A stretch of DNA of 64,000 bases from Mobula birostris (GCF_030028105.1 NC_092380.1:70243717-70307716), one strand, 5' to 3'. Positions 26,320-39,268 are shown, counted from the first letter of the stretch. The notes: generated by a model not told the origin, from the letters alone. Numbers and translations are program-made.

Positions 26320-27257
26320 CTTTTGGTGAATCATTTTCCCGAGTCATAGTGGATTGTGTTGGCCCACTGCCAAAACTTGCAGCTGGCCATCAGTATGTGT
26401 TAACTATAATGTGTGCCGTTTCTAGGTTCCCCGAGGCAGTTCCTCTTCGAAATATTAGGGCTAAAATGGTGGTGAAGGCTCTCATCAAGTTTTTGACTAC
26501 GGTTGGTTTGCCCAGAGAAATTCAGTCCAACCAGGGAAGTAACTTTACATTGGGAGTATTCCAGCAAATAGTTTCTGAACTGGGGGCTAAACAAATTGTG
26601 TCATCTGCATACCACCCGGTGTCCCAAGGAGCCTTAGAACGGTTCTATTCCACTCTAAAGACAATGATTAAAACCTACTGTTATGAGAATAACAGGGACT
26701 GGGATGAAGGTATATGCTTACTTCTCTTTGCTGTTTGAGACTCAATTCAAGAATCATTGGGATTTAGTGTGATTGAGCTTGTTTTTGGTCACAGGCCCAG
26801 AGGACCTTTGCTTGCTCAGAGAACAGTGGTCTGATCCGAAGGTATGTGTCAGTGTGCTGGATTATGTTTTGGAGTTTTGAGATAGGCTTAACAAGGCTTG
26901 CGACCCTTGCAAAGCAGAATTTGCAGAACTCTCAAATTAAAATGAAATACTGGTATGATAGGAAAGTGAGGGAACAGGTGTTTTATGTTGGAGATAAAGT
27001 CTTGGTCTTGTTCCTCTTTTTGACCAACCCCCTCCAAGCGCAGTTTCATGGACCATACCAGATAATTAAGAAAATTGACTCTTTGAATTATGTTGTTGAG
27101 ACTCCTGACCAAAGGAAGGCTACTCAAGTGGTACACGTAAACATAATAAAGCCTTATTAATGACCCAAAGAGAGCACCTGTGGGTACTGTTATGAAAATA
27201 AGTGGAGTTGTAGGCCTGTAACAAGGTACAAGATAATTTTAACAAGCTAAGTATAGT

Positions 27258-29319
27258 CTAACCAGAAACAGTACAGAATGGGAATATGCCTTCCACTCCA
27301 CAATCTTGTGCCAATCAAATTTCATCGTCAAATGCCCAACAAAACTAATCCATTGTAACATCATGCCAACCCCTGAAGTCAAGCTTACTGGCCTATAATT
27401 TCACAGTTTTACCTCCCTTCTTTTTAAAGTGTGGAGTGATATTTATGATTTTCCAGCCCTCCAGCACCACTCCAGAAGGGTCTTGCTACAGTGCCCTCCT
27501 CCTTTGCATTTGAATTTTCAAATTGAAACACTTCACATTTGGCCGAAGATAAACTCCATTTGCAACTGATCTATATTCCACTGAATCCTTTGCTAGTCTT
27601 CTATTTTAACCAAAACACTGCCAATCTGCATATCATCTACAAACTTCCTTACCCACCAATCTACATTTTCATCCAGGTCATTTTTGTATTTGGCAAATAA
27701 CAGAGGTCTCTAGTATGGATCCATACGAATACTAGTCACAGACATCCAGCAAGAATAGGTCCTGTCTACTGCTACCCTCTCTCTTCTAGGGGCAAATAAA
27801 TTCAGAATCCAAATGACCAATTCACCATGGATCCCATGTATTTATATCTCTTCAATGAACTTCCTCTGAGGGACCTTATCAAATGTCTAAGTAAAATCCA
27901 TGTAAACAACATCCAAAGCTCTATCTTCATCTTTCACTGAGAGACAATAATTCTAGCCTCAACTACCGCAATGATTTGTGGCCTACCTCTGATTCCTGCA
28001 TTTAGTAAAAATTAGCTTATTTAAAACTATTACCTGCACCTTAACTTTTGTTCCTTCACCAATAATAATTACTTTTCATTTCCAGACAGCAGTGTCATTG
28101 GCAGTCAGGACTTCAGCCACTTAACTTGTATACGTTATGGAACTTGCTTCAGAAGCTTCTAAGGCTCTGTAATACCTTGGTCCCCTACCATTCACCTCAA
28201 AACCTATCAGATTCTTTAGCATATTCTAGTTATGGAACAATTAAGAGCCTTTGGAAGCATTTCTCTGCAACTCACACATTCCAACAGTTCTGTTAATGTA
28301 ATAACAAGGGTGGCAAATGATAAGAAAATCAGAAACACAGCAGAATAAAAGTGAAGTTGAATTTTACATTAAAACAGAGGGCACGCTAAAACATTTGTCA
28401 GAAATAATCAATAAATGAATAACTGATATAATGATTTCATATTTTAATTATTACCAAGTCAATACTTTATCCCTATACCTTCACCGAGATCTTAAGATAT
28501 AGCTTTATGTTTTTGTCAGCACAAACTAGAGGTCATTGCATGTGATTTCTTCCTTAATATCTTAAAACCAATCATACCACAAGAACAATAAATTATTTGA
28601 CTGTAAAACAAAGAATTTGGCATTAGTGCTCAAATTAATATGTTTAAACCTGTAGAAGTTCTTTCTGGGCTGATTCCAAGATAACCTAAATATCGTAGTT
28701 AAAACAATAGTAAAACATGATACGCAAATATGAACTAATACATTCCGACTGTACCTTTTATGCTTAGTGTAACACCCTTCAGTATTTTTGAACCTGTGGA
28801 CAGATGTTCAGCTTCACAAGTATACTCTGTGTCATGGTCTTACTGAATGGTTGGTATAAAAGCAAGAACACTTAAGATACTGTAAGTATGGTCTTCATAT
28901 TTCACTTCATTTAGGGTGTGGGAATATTTGGGAAGGTTTGTTTCGTTCCCAGCAAAAATCCTTGAACTCATGGCACATATTTCACAATTTCTTTCAATTT
29001 GTCATTCTGCTTCTGGTACCAAGTGATAAGCAGTGGTCTTGGTTTAAATCCAGGACAATGCAATCAAATCTTCATGAATGATGCAAGGACGTACTAGAAT
29101 GTCTGTCATCTTCGGTGCAACTTTTTTTTATTGAGAAAAAAAAAGGATAGAATACTTAATGTCGTCAGCACACAACATTGTCTTATTTTGCAAAAGATAA
29201 AATAAACTGAGAGGTTTATTTATTAATTAGATAAATAAACCTTCAGTTTTTTAAAATCTGTTGCAAATAGAGTATAAATAAAAATGCAGCAATTTTAACA
29301 GAAGCTGCACCTTTCTGTT
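27258..29319 (+). repeat. Segmental duplication block A2, paralog of 3488-6031
   Basis: Homology starts at ctaaccagaaacag and ends at ctttctgtt. Confidence 0.93.
28755..29120 (-). pseudogene. Post-TM Ig C1-like exon b (copy 2)
   Basis: aag| acceptor and AAG|GTACAG donor. Motifs GFKPRPLLITWYQ, EDHTYSILSVLAFIPT, DTEYTCEAEH; frameshifts and stops present. Confidence 0.85.
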
Positions 29320-29791
29320 AAAATTTACTGCCGAGTACTTCAGGCTTATAAGATTTAACTACAAAAAAGACTGCAAATTTTAAAAAAGGATATAGTAATA
29401 CAAAAAAGTCAAAAGACAAAGAGAAAACATGAGTGAAGATCCAACAACTTCAAAAAATCTGTTACTCTAACATATTGTACATGGCCCTAAATATAGGGCT
29501 AAAAAGTTACTGCTAACTTACATATACAAAACCTTTATTCAATACTATAGCTCTTTTACTATATCCCTTACAAACTTCTGTTCTCCAGAGCCTAGAATCA
29601 AATTGTAGTACACAAATGAAACTGCCGCTCTTAAAAAGGATTCATCCAACAAATTAATTGGGGATTAATCTGAGTACATGGCAGTTATCATCATCTCCCT
29701 CCTACTTGCAAATGAGGAGTATGATACTATCCTGCACAAAAGGACATAAGAAAGATAACATATGCAACAGTTTACAGACATAAAAAATATA

Positions 29792-30824
29792 CAGGTATCC
29801 CCTGCTTTTCAAAAGTTTGCTTTATGCCACTTCGCTTTTACGAAAGACCTATATTAGCACCTGTTTTCACTAACCGAAAGAACCATAGAACCATAGAAAC
29901 TACAGCACAGAAACAGGCCTTTTGGCCCTTCTTGGCTGTGCCGAACCATTTTCTGCCTAGTCCCACTGGCCTGCACCCGGACCATATATAGAACCATAGA
30001 AACTATAGAAATCTGAAGAGGATTTTCACTTTTACGAAAAAAGGCAAAAAGTGAAAATAGCGTTCAGCGTTTGTTTTGCAGCAAGCTGTTTTAGAGGCAG
30101 CGCGCACTCCAAGCAGCGAGAGTGGAATTGCCAAGCTCCTTCCCTGGGAACTACACTCAGCATCTCAGCATCAAGCCGCCATAGTTTTGAACTGTGTCTG
30201 TGAGCATCTGTGCTTTATCTCTATTGATTTTGTGCATCTGTTAGCAAGATGTGTCCTAATGTATCAGAAAAGCCTAAGAGAGCTCGTAAGGGTGTTATGC
30301 TTAGCATAAAACTGGATGCAATTCAGCGTTTCGATCATGGTGAACGAAAGAAAGACATTGTGCGTGCGTTGAAATCAGTCAGTCTTTTTAATACACTGAA
30401 ACAGAAAGCACTGTACGATGGTGATGAAAGTATTGCAAAAGTGGAATTTAAAGGTAGTCATGGGTGGTTTGATCAGTTTTTGAGGTGAGGGCAGCTTCAT
30501 AGCTGAAAGGTTACTGGAGAGAGCTGAAGTTGCCGAAAAGTTCCCAGAAGAACTGAAGAAAATAATTACAGAAGGTGGTTATTCGTATAAGCAAGTGTTT
30601 AACTGTGACGAAACTGCAATATATTGAAAAAACTACTGTATGTTAGTGTTATTTTAGGTTTTGTGTGTTATTTGGTATGATTTGCTAGGTTACTTTTTGG
30701 TCTAAGAACACTCAAAAAATTTTTCCCAGATAAATTAATGGCAATTGCTTCTTCACTTTACACCATTTCAGCTTACGAAAAGTTTCATAGGAGTGCTCTA
30801 CTTTTGGATAGCGGGGGAAACCTG
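29792..30824 (+). mobile_element. Internally deleted Tigger/pogo DNA transposon with a small nested CR1 3' end (about 29883-30010)
   Basis: TA flanks; about 25-bp imperfect TIRs caggt(a/t)tcccc...aaaagt; CENP-B-type HTH, FKGSHGWFD and FNCDET motifs. Confidence 0.85.
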
Positions 30825-32169
30825 TATTAGGTAATGTTGCTTTTTGGAATGAACTGAATAGACAGTAGTTGAATTCAATGCTATTCTTACCTACAGTTTG
30901 CAATGCAATTTGAGTGTCTACAACATGTTAGACTGATAGTTGCAAAGTACAGAAATTTAATTCCCTTTGCCTCTCTCTAATTCTCTCTTGCTGTTCTGAG
31001 TATTTGCAAAATGCTGAGTTTATGTTGTTGAGGATTTATTTAAAGTCAGCTCAGTCAGGAAACAATGCAACTGGATATCTGTATCCTCCCTTTTATCAAG
31101 CTTTCCACAATCATTCTCATCAGTTCACTGAGAAAATCTGGCCCATAGAATTGTACTTGGCTTAGTTACATATTTTGCAAAATAGAACTGAATTCAAATG
31201 ACATCAAAAACAGAATATCAATGTGAGTATATCATCTCCACCATAATTGCTGAACTAGAAACTGAGCAACACTAGACCTTTGAATCTCTCATCTTTTAAA
31301 AACTCTGCATTCCTATTTTTTCTAAAATGGATGACTTCATATTTTTCTGTATTATATTCCATCTGTTATGTCCTTTCTCTTTCACTTAGCCTATGCTATA
31401 TCTAGCAGAGGCCATTCTGTACCTTCCTAACAACTCACACTGCCACCTCCAGCTTTGTTTCAACAGCTAATTATGGATATATTGCACTGGGCCCCCTCAT
31501 TCTGATATAAATTAGAATCAGACTTATTATCATTGATACAAGTCAAGACATTTGTTGCTTTGTAGCCGCAGTACTGTGCAGGCATAACAAATGTTGGATG
31601 GCTGCCCACAACAATAGTGTCAGCAGTGAATTATAGATTACACTTCAACTGTACCTAGCCAGGCTGTCATGAGTGTGGGGGGAGACGAGCAGTGGGCTAA
31701 GCACACACTCTTGAGGTGCACCTGTGTAGACTGTCAGGAGGAGGAGATATTAAATTATAAACATCTGATGCCCCAGGATTGATCACTAGAACACTGCAAT
31801 AGTCGGAGCCTCCAAGCCCAAAAGTGACCTGCACTCTTTTTCCCCCTCTCTATTACATAATTCACAATTCATAGATAAACATTGCTTCCAATCCTGTGTG
31901 CTGTAATTTTATGTAATAATTGCTTGTTTAGTACAGTACCTACAGAAAGCCTCTCAAAATCCAAGTATACCTGTCCACCAAATCGGGTGACACTAGTCCT
32001 TGTTGGGATACCAGTCAGTGCATATTGTAATAAAATGGATGACAGAAAAATGGAGGGCTATATATGAGGGAAGGCTTAGATTGATCTTAAGAGTAATTTA
32101 AAACATTGTCACAACACATGATGGACTGAAGAGCCTGCCAAGTGCTGTAATGTTCTATGTAATAGCATT

Positions 32170-33050
32170 TCCTTCTTGCAGACAATCAACACAGGCATAC
32201 CTCAACTATATGTGCTTAGCCCACCGCTCTAATCCATCTACACTTATGACTGTGACTAGGTACAGCTCAAATGTTATCTCTAAATTTAGTATCACTGTTG
32301 AGGGCAGAAACTCAGATGTTGAAAAGGAAGTGTACATGAGTGAGATGGATTGGTTGGTTGAGTGCAGTCACAACAACAACTTTGCACAAAACATCAGCAA
32401 GACGAAGGAACTGATTGTAGCCTTCAGGAAGGGGAAGTCGAGGGAACACGCACTGGTCCTCATTGAACAGTCACTGGTGGAAAGGGTGGGCAGCTTCATG
32501 GTCCTGGGTTTCAACAAGTCAGAGGGTCTATCTTGGGCCCAACACATTGTTGTAATCATAAAGAAGGAATATCAGTGACTCTTCTTCATTAGGAGTCTGA
32601 GAAGGTTCAGTATGCCACCAAAGACTTGCAAATTTCTACACATACTGTATAGAGCATTCTCACTGGTTGCATAACAACCTGACATGGAGCCTCCAATGCC
32701 TCCGAAAGAGATCCAGCCAGTTTCTTTGCGGGGATAACCCTCCTCATCGCTGAGGAAATCTTCAAAAGGAATAGTGCCTCAGAAAGGCAGCATCAATCAT
32801 TAAGGACTCTCACCATCTGGGACATGACCTCTTCACATTACGATCATCGGGGATCAGGTAAAGGAGCCTGAAGACCCATGCTCCATGGTTTAGGAACAGC
32901 TTCTTTCTCTCTGCCATCAGATTTCTCAATAGAACACAAACTCATGAATACTACTTCCTCACTCGTCTTTTGCTCCATTTGTTTATTTTGTAACTTGCAG
33001 TACTTTTTATTTCATGAATATGCCGGAGATAATAAGCCTGATTCTGAAAT
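32170..33050 (+). mobile_element. Decayed Rex/L2-type LINE fragment
   Basis: NISKTKELIVAFRK, LSWAQH motifs; 3'UTR ending taagcctgattctga. Confidence 0.7.
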
Positions 33051-33330
33051 TAAACACTGGTAGTGCAGTGCTGACAAAGCGGTTAAGAATAAACAAGTGG
33101 ATGGAGAAATTTGTAACTTTATGTGTTCATTGTAATTTTCTAATCAGAATTATGTTTAATATCACTGGCATACTATGCATTGTGAAATTCAAAAGTAGTG
33201 CAAAAAAGAGAGGACAAAGATACCGATCCAGTCATGATCATTCAATTTTTCGCTCTTCTGAAACCATTCTATAATGAAGTAATTTAACTAATGATAAATA
33301 TTCAGTTATTTTCATTGTTTTCTTACTTAC

Positions 33331-33754
33331 TTCCTTCAACTTTCAATGTGATTGTCTTAATAATAGGCTTTCTAAAATTGCTACTATGCAAAACTTGAAG
33401 TTTAAGGACAGCTTCATTATCTCTCTCAGTATCAGGGCAGAAGATAACTTCACACTTCAGACTGGAGGTACCATCACCTGTTGTTTGTGACAGCTGACAT
33501 CTCAAATGCAAAAGCTTCCACTGGACATTCATAATCTTAAGTAAGTCTCTGCTGATCGATCTCCTCAGGTGCTTTCAAGTTCTCAGACGGAGAAGTCCAC
33601 TGGTAAATGCTATGTTCTGTTCCGCCATTTATTTGTAGAAACCATTGAATAGAAATATTTGAAGATTTATATCCAGATATCTGACAAGTCAGAACAGTTT
33701 CTTCCAAATGTACAATGCGTGAAGGCTGGCTGATATCAGAAACTGTAGGAGGTA
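33331..33754 (-). pseudogene. Post-TM Ig C1-like exon a, frameshifted by a 4-bp duplication
   Basis: tttctag| and |gtaagt; 424 nt = 420 + 4. VPPTVSDISQPSRIVHLEETVLTCQISGYKSSNISIQWF...GDGTSSLKCEVIFCPDTERDNEAVLKLQVLHSSNFRKPIIKTITLKVEG. Confidence 0.85.
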
Positions 33755-34699
33755 CTAGAAAAATATTTTTAAAAGTTATTCTTTTTTGCAAGGCAATTTT
33801 GTTACTTTAAAGCTATCAGAATATTCATATAACTACACCAAACATCTGCTCACATAAGTATCACCAGACAATGCATAGTTTAACATTGCACTAAATAAAA
33901 AAGTATGAAACAATTGAGTCTATCCCAATTATGGTGACCTCCAAGTTTAAAAACAATATAAAAATTGACCCACAAGTAGATCAGAGACAAAGATGAAGCC
34001 AAAGCAGTGAGAAATGCCAGGATAGAAGGACAGGAGAACTGGAAATGCAGAGGCTATTAATGCACAAGATAACACACCACAAGAGTCAAGAAAAGATAGA
34101 CACAAACAAAAAAATAAAATCGGGCGGTGTGTGAGAAATATCAGTTGACAGAGAGATCAGGCTCATGCAAGCCAAGTCTTAAGGAACAAGCTTCCAAAAG
34201 GGGAGAGAGAGATAGCAAAATAGAGACAAATTTATTGCAGGTAAACAGGCATGCTTTAGTGGATTGAGCCCAAACAATATAGACAAACCAGTGAGATCAA
34301 AAGTTTGGAAGGTATTCACTCAAGTATCATCAAGTGAAAGCCACCTTCCTTTATAGGAATCCACTTTTCTTCACCATTTGACTAATCAGATCTCATCACA
34401 CTTTCAACAAATTGCCATGTCCACACCCACATTTACAATGAGTACTATCTCTGTAACAAAGCCACTTGAAGAAATTTAGCAAACAGGTTCCCACAAATTA
34501 CTCATAATTCATTCTGAAATATTTTTGCTTTCCAGACCTAATATTTCTAAAAACTGAAATAAGGAATTTAACAGATAGTCTATTTAAAAATATTCATGAA
34601 TGCTTTACATTAAAATTATTGAATATGATGCCTTGATATACTTGCTCAGCCTCAGCTTGGAAATTATCCATTTTATCAAATCTAGGATTTTAACTTAAA

Positions 34700-37230
34700 T
34701 TTCAATCTTGTGCAAAGCTTAAACTAAAGGAACCCTAGGGAGGCAGTGATAATGTGATTGAATTCACCCTGCAATTTGAGAGGGAGAAGTTAAAGTCAGA
34801 CGTATCAGTATTAAAGAGGAGTAAAAAGGAATTACAGCGACATAAGCAAGGAGCCAAAGTTGATTGGAAGCGGACAGTCACAGGGATGACTACAGAGCAG
34901 CAATAGCTGGAGTTTCTGGGAGCAATTGGGAAGGTGCAGGAATAGATACATGCTAACGATGTAGTATTCTAAAGGGAGGATAACTTAAAGACGGCTGACA
35001 AGGGAGTCAAAGGCAACAAAAAAAAAAGCAAAATAGGACATATAATAAAACAAAAATTAGTGGGAAGTTAGAGGATTGGGAAGCTTTTAAAAAGCAACAG
35101 AAAGCAATGAAAAGGGACATATGGAGCAAAAGGATGAAATATTAAGGTAAGCTACATCAAAGACAAAACCAAAGATTTTTCAGATATTGGATGGCATCTG
35201 TTAGTCTCGCGAGATCATGGATCTGTGTCCGGAAAGTCTTGCTTCAGTCTCTCCAGGGTGCAGGCTTGGGCAAGTTTGTATGAAAGACCAGCAGTTGCCC
35301 AAGCAACAAGTCCCCCTCTCCACACCACCAAGGTTGTCCAAGGGAAGGGCAAGGGCCGATACAACTTGGCACCAGTGACGTCGCAGGAATTGCCAGAGCG
35401 AGGTTGAAAGCAACGTCGGACTGCCTGTGAGAGTCCAGCTCTGGATTTGTCCTCAGGGTTTACTCCCAAAGCCTTTCCCATAAGTGGGTATGGCCGCAAA
35501 GGCAGTGGCGGTTTGAAATCAGAGCTTTCCCTCTCTTTTTTCAGATATGTACAGAGTAAAAAAGAGCTGAGAGTAGATATTGGACCACTGGATAATGATG
35601 CTGGAGAGGTAGTAATGAGGGACAAGCAAATAGTGGATGAACCAAATAAGTATTTTGTATCAGTCTTAACTGTGGAAGACACTAGGCTACGCCAGAAATT
35701 TGAGATCATCAGGAGGCAGAAGCGAGTGCAGTTGCTATTACTAGGGAGAAGCTGCTTAAAAATCTGAAATGTCTGAAGGTGGTTCAGACCCTTGCACCAG
35801 CTGCACTACACCCAAAGAGTCCTGAAAGAGTAGCTTAAACGATTGTGGCATTAGTAACGATCTTTCAAGAAGCAATAGATTTTGGCATAGTTCCAGCGGA
35901 CTGGAAAATCGCAAACGTCACTCCACTCTTGAAGAAGGGAGAGTGGCAGAAGAAAGGAAACTATAGGCCAGTGAGCCTGACCTCGGTATTTGGGAAGATG
36001 TTGGAGTTGATTGTTAAGGATGTAGTTTCGGGGTACCTTGAGACACATGATAAAATAGGCCAACGTCAGCTTGTTTTCTTTAAGGGAAAATCTTGCCTGA
36101 CAAATCTGTAGGAATTCTTTGAGAAAATAACAAATAGGATAAACAAAGCAGAATCAGTGGATCTTGTGTACTTGGGTTTTCTGAAGGCCTTTGACAAGGT
36201 GCCACACATGACATTGCTTATCAAGATAAAAGCCCAAAGTATTACAGGAAAGACATGGTTAGAGCACTGGCTAATTGGGAGTTTTTTTTTTGATTGGCTG
36301 CTGGTGATTAGCAGTGTTCTGCAAGTGTTGGTGTTGTTACCGCTTCTTTTTATGCTGTACATTAACGATTGGAAGATGGAATTGATGCTTTGTGGCCATG
36401 GTTGTGGATGATATGAAGATAGGTGGAGGGACAGATAGTGATGAGGAAGCAGGGAGAATGCAGATGGACTGCAGATTGGAAGAATAGGCAAGAAAGTGGC
36501 AGATGGAATATAGTGTAGGGAGGTGTATGCTCATGCACTTTGGTAGAAGGAATAAAGGAGTAGACAATTTTCTAAACGAGGAGAAAATTCAAAATTCCAA
36601 GGTGAAAAGGGACTTGGGAGTCCTTGTGCAGGATTCCCTGAAGGTTAATTTGCAGTTTGAATTGGTGGTGAGGAAGGCAAATGCAATGTTAGCATTCATC
36701 TTGAGAGGACTAGAATATAAAGGCAAGGATGTAATGCTGATGATTGACACGGCACAGATGAGTCTCCACTTGAAGTATCGTTTTAAGAAAGGATGTACTG
36801 ACATTGCAGAGATTTCAGAGGAGGTTCACAAGATTGATTCTGGGAATGACAGGCTTATTGTATGAAAGGTATAATTGAAATCCATTGAATGTTGAAAGGC
36901 CTAGATAGAGTGGATGTGGAGAGGATGTTTCTTGTGCTGAGGGAGTCTAGGACCAGAAGGCACAGCCTCAGATCAGAGGGACGTCTGTTTAGAACAGAGA
37001 TGAAGAATATCTTTAGCCAGGGAGTGGTAAATCTGTGGAATTCCTTGCCACAGATGCCTGTGGAGGCCAGGTCATTTGGTGTTTTCAGGTAGAGGCTGAT
37101 AGTTTCTTGATTAGTCAAGGCATAAATGTTACGTGGAGAAGTCAGGACAATGGGGCTGAGAGGGAAATGGATCAGCCATGATAAGATAGCGGAGCAAACC
37201 TGATGGGCCATAATTCTGCTCTTATGTTCT
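34700..37230 (+). mobile_element. Decayed CR1 LINE
   Basis: DWKIANVTPL, NYRPVSLTSV, KAFDKVPH motifs with many frameshifts. Confidence 0.85.
35188..35536 (-). mobile_element. Non-autonomous RTE-like element nested in CR1, 12-bp TSD
   Basis: tttttcagatat at 35176-35187 and 35537-35548; ends resemble RTE 5' and 3' UTRs as I remember them. Confidence 0.6.
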
Positions 37231-37908
37231 GTGGTTTTACGGATAGTGGCTAAATCTTGGGCAAATTCATGGCTCTTAAGAAGTATCATAAAGAAGGAAG
37301 GCAAATACATTCAGAGAGCAAATTCCAGAACTGTGTAAACAACAGCCAATGGAGGTAACAAGCTTAAAAGTGACACATAAACCTAACTATACAGCATAAA
37401 ACATAATAGATTTTAATCAACCTTGTTTCTAAAAGGTAAAATAATGAAAACGGGCCAGGAATGTATCCTTTTTATTTCACATGTATTTGTTGTATAGACT
37501 TTGTAGCTTTAAATTGAAATATTCCTAAGTAAACACAAAGTGGCTAATGCACAATACCAAATGTAGTGTTTCATGACATGAAGAAGTCTGAATTTTACTT
37601 TCTAGTAAAAATTATTTTCAGATCAAATTTAATTTAAACTTTAAGATTCTTAATCAAATATACCTATCTTAATAGGTTTCCATGCCTAAATACTGCAAGT
37701 AGTGAAGGAGTAACTGCAATGCCTAGAAGGTGAATTAACGACTCATCACAAAGAAATACATTTTAAACAAATGCTTTCCCAGGGATCAGCTAAGAATTAC
37801 CTGTTCAGTAAGATGCACTTAAGGCAATGTAGTGCATTCGAATAAATGTGTGAGACACAGAAAAGGAGTTAAATATTCATGTTTCTGATGTACTGAAGCA
37901 TATCTTAC

Positions 37909-38025
37909 CTTTTCTGAAATATCGCAGATACATCACAAATCCAATGATCATGATCAGTGAACATATCAGTACACTAGCAAATACACTGCTAGCTATTATT
38001 CCCCCTGGCACAACAACTTCTGGCT
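37909..38025 (-). pseudogene. NCR3LG1-like: Exon 4, transmembrane segment EPEVVVPGGIIASSVFASVLICSLIMIIGFVMYLRYFRK
   Basis: ttttttttacag| and AAG|GTAAGA; 117 nt, open with no stop. About 23 hydrophobic residues followed by basic RYFRK. Confidence 0.88.
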
Positions 38026-39268
38026 CTGTAAAAAAAAGCTTTAATAATGAATATTTATATATTTTTAATTTATTCAAAAACAATGGTTAATCTTAGGGTT
38101 GGAGATTCTTCAGAATTGCGTTAACATTAATTTATCTTCCTTTGCCATTGATAATTTAAGCATTTCTTGACTTTACATAAGCTTTAGAATATTATATTTT
38201 TTAAAATCACAGTACAAAATAACTTTCATAAATGTACAAAATGAGCAAAACCCATTATTCCCTTCACAAGAAGAAATTACCTGGTCTGGCTTATATGAGC
38301 TTCCAAACCCTGCAAACTCTTTTTATGTGCCCTCTAAACAAGTCCACTATCCTTTAAAGAATCCTTCAATATGAGTCTGTTAATTAGCAATGTCTCACTA
38401 CACAAGACTAGAACCAAAACAACTAATATCCCAGTTAGTTCAAAAATGACTTGATTCCGACAACTCTCTCAAATGCATTTGATGAATTTTGTCTGTAGCT
38501 ACATTTTACAGGGTCATAGAAAAAGTACAGCACAGAAATAGGACATAATTCTCATCTCGTCCATGCTGAATCATTTAAACTGCCTACTCACATTGACCAA
38601 GACCAGGACCATAGCCCTCCATATCCGTACAATCCATGTAACTATCCAAACTTCTCTTAAACACTGAAATCAAGCTTGCATGCACTACTTGTGCATGGTG
38701 GCATTTCATTCCACACTGTCACGCTGAGTGAAGAAGTTTCCTCTCATGTTCCCCTTGAACTTTTCACCCTTCACTCCTGACCTCCCAGCCACCCAAATTT
38801 CATATCTTAATTTTTTCTGGCCTCTACTAAAAAAAAAACATCCCCACAATTAGTACCTTACAAGTTTTTTTGTTATAAACTTCCAGTTCGAAGGTTTTTA
38901 TTATTGTTTTGTTCTCCAAACATGTATACTAAAACAATATCTTTCAATTTCTAGTTAAAACCTTGTGATTACAAAAGCTGCTAATGGAAGCATGAAACTG
39001 CATTTGTATGTTTTGTAAATATCCTTGGGATAAAGAAATGTGCCATGCTTATCTATTCATAATTCCAGATCTAGCAATCTGGTAGAATCTTAACTATCCT
39101 CTCAGTCCAGGGACAAATTGGGATGGGCAAAACTTGTCAACATTATCGTTAATGTCCACATCCCATGAACAAAGTAATAAAGTCTCATAACAGCATGTTA
39201 GCCTTCACCTTATGCCTATATTTTCCTTTACAAACTTAATGTGCACATAAAGTAAGCTCAACACTTAC

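Larger units (their letters stand above)
20283..27257 (+). mobile_element. Gmr1-like Ty3/Gypsy LTR retrotransposon, 3' half deleted
   Basis: 5' LTR, PBS, SCAN-like gag (21823-22299), protease DTG (RDTGAFQSL), zinc-binding integrase N-terminus (22907-23332), rve core and C-terminus (26320-27160). No RT, RNase H or 3' LTR. Confidence 0.88.

Noticed and set aside
30891-31140. Possible extra cytoplasmic exon ending in a good donor (TAG|GTAAGA)
   Set aside because: All three frames contain stops, there is no Ig motif and the acceptor is ambiguous. A decayed linker exon cannot be excluded without paralog alignment.
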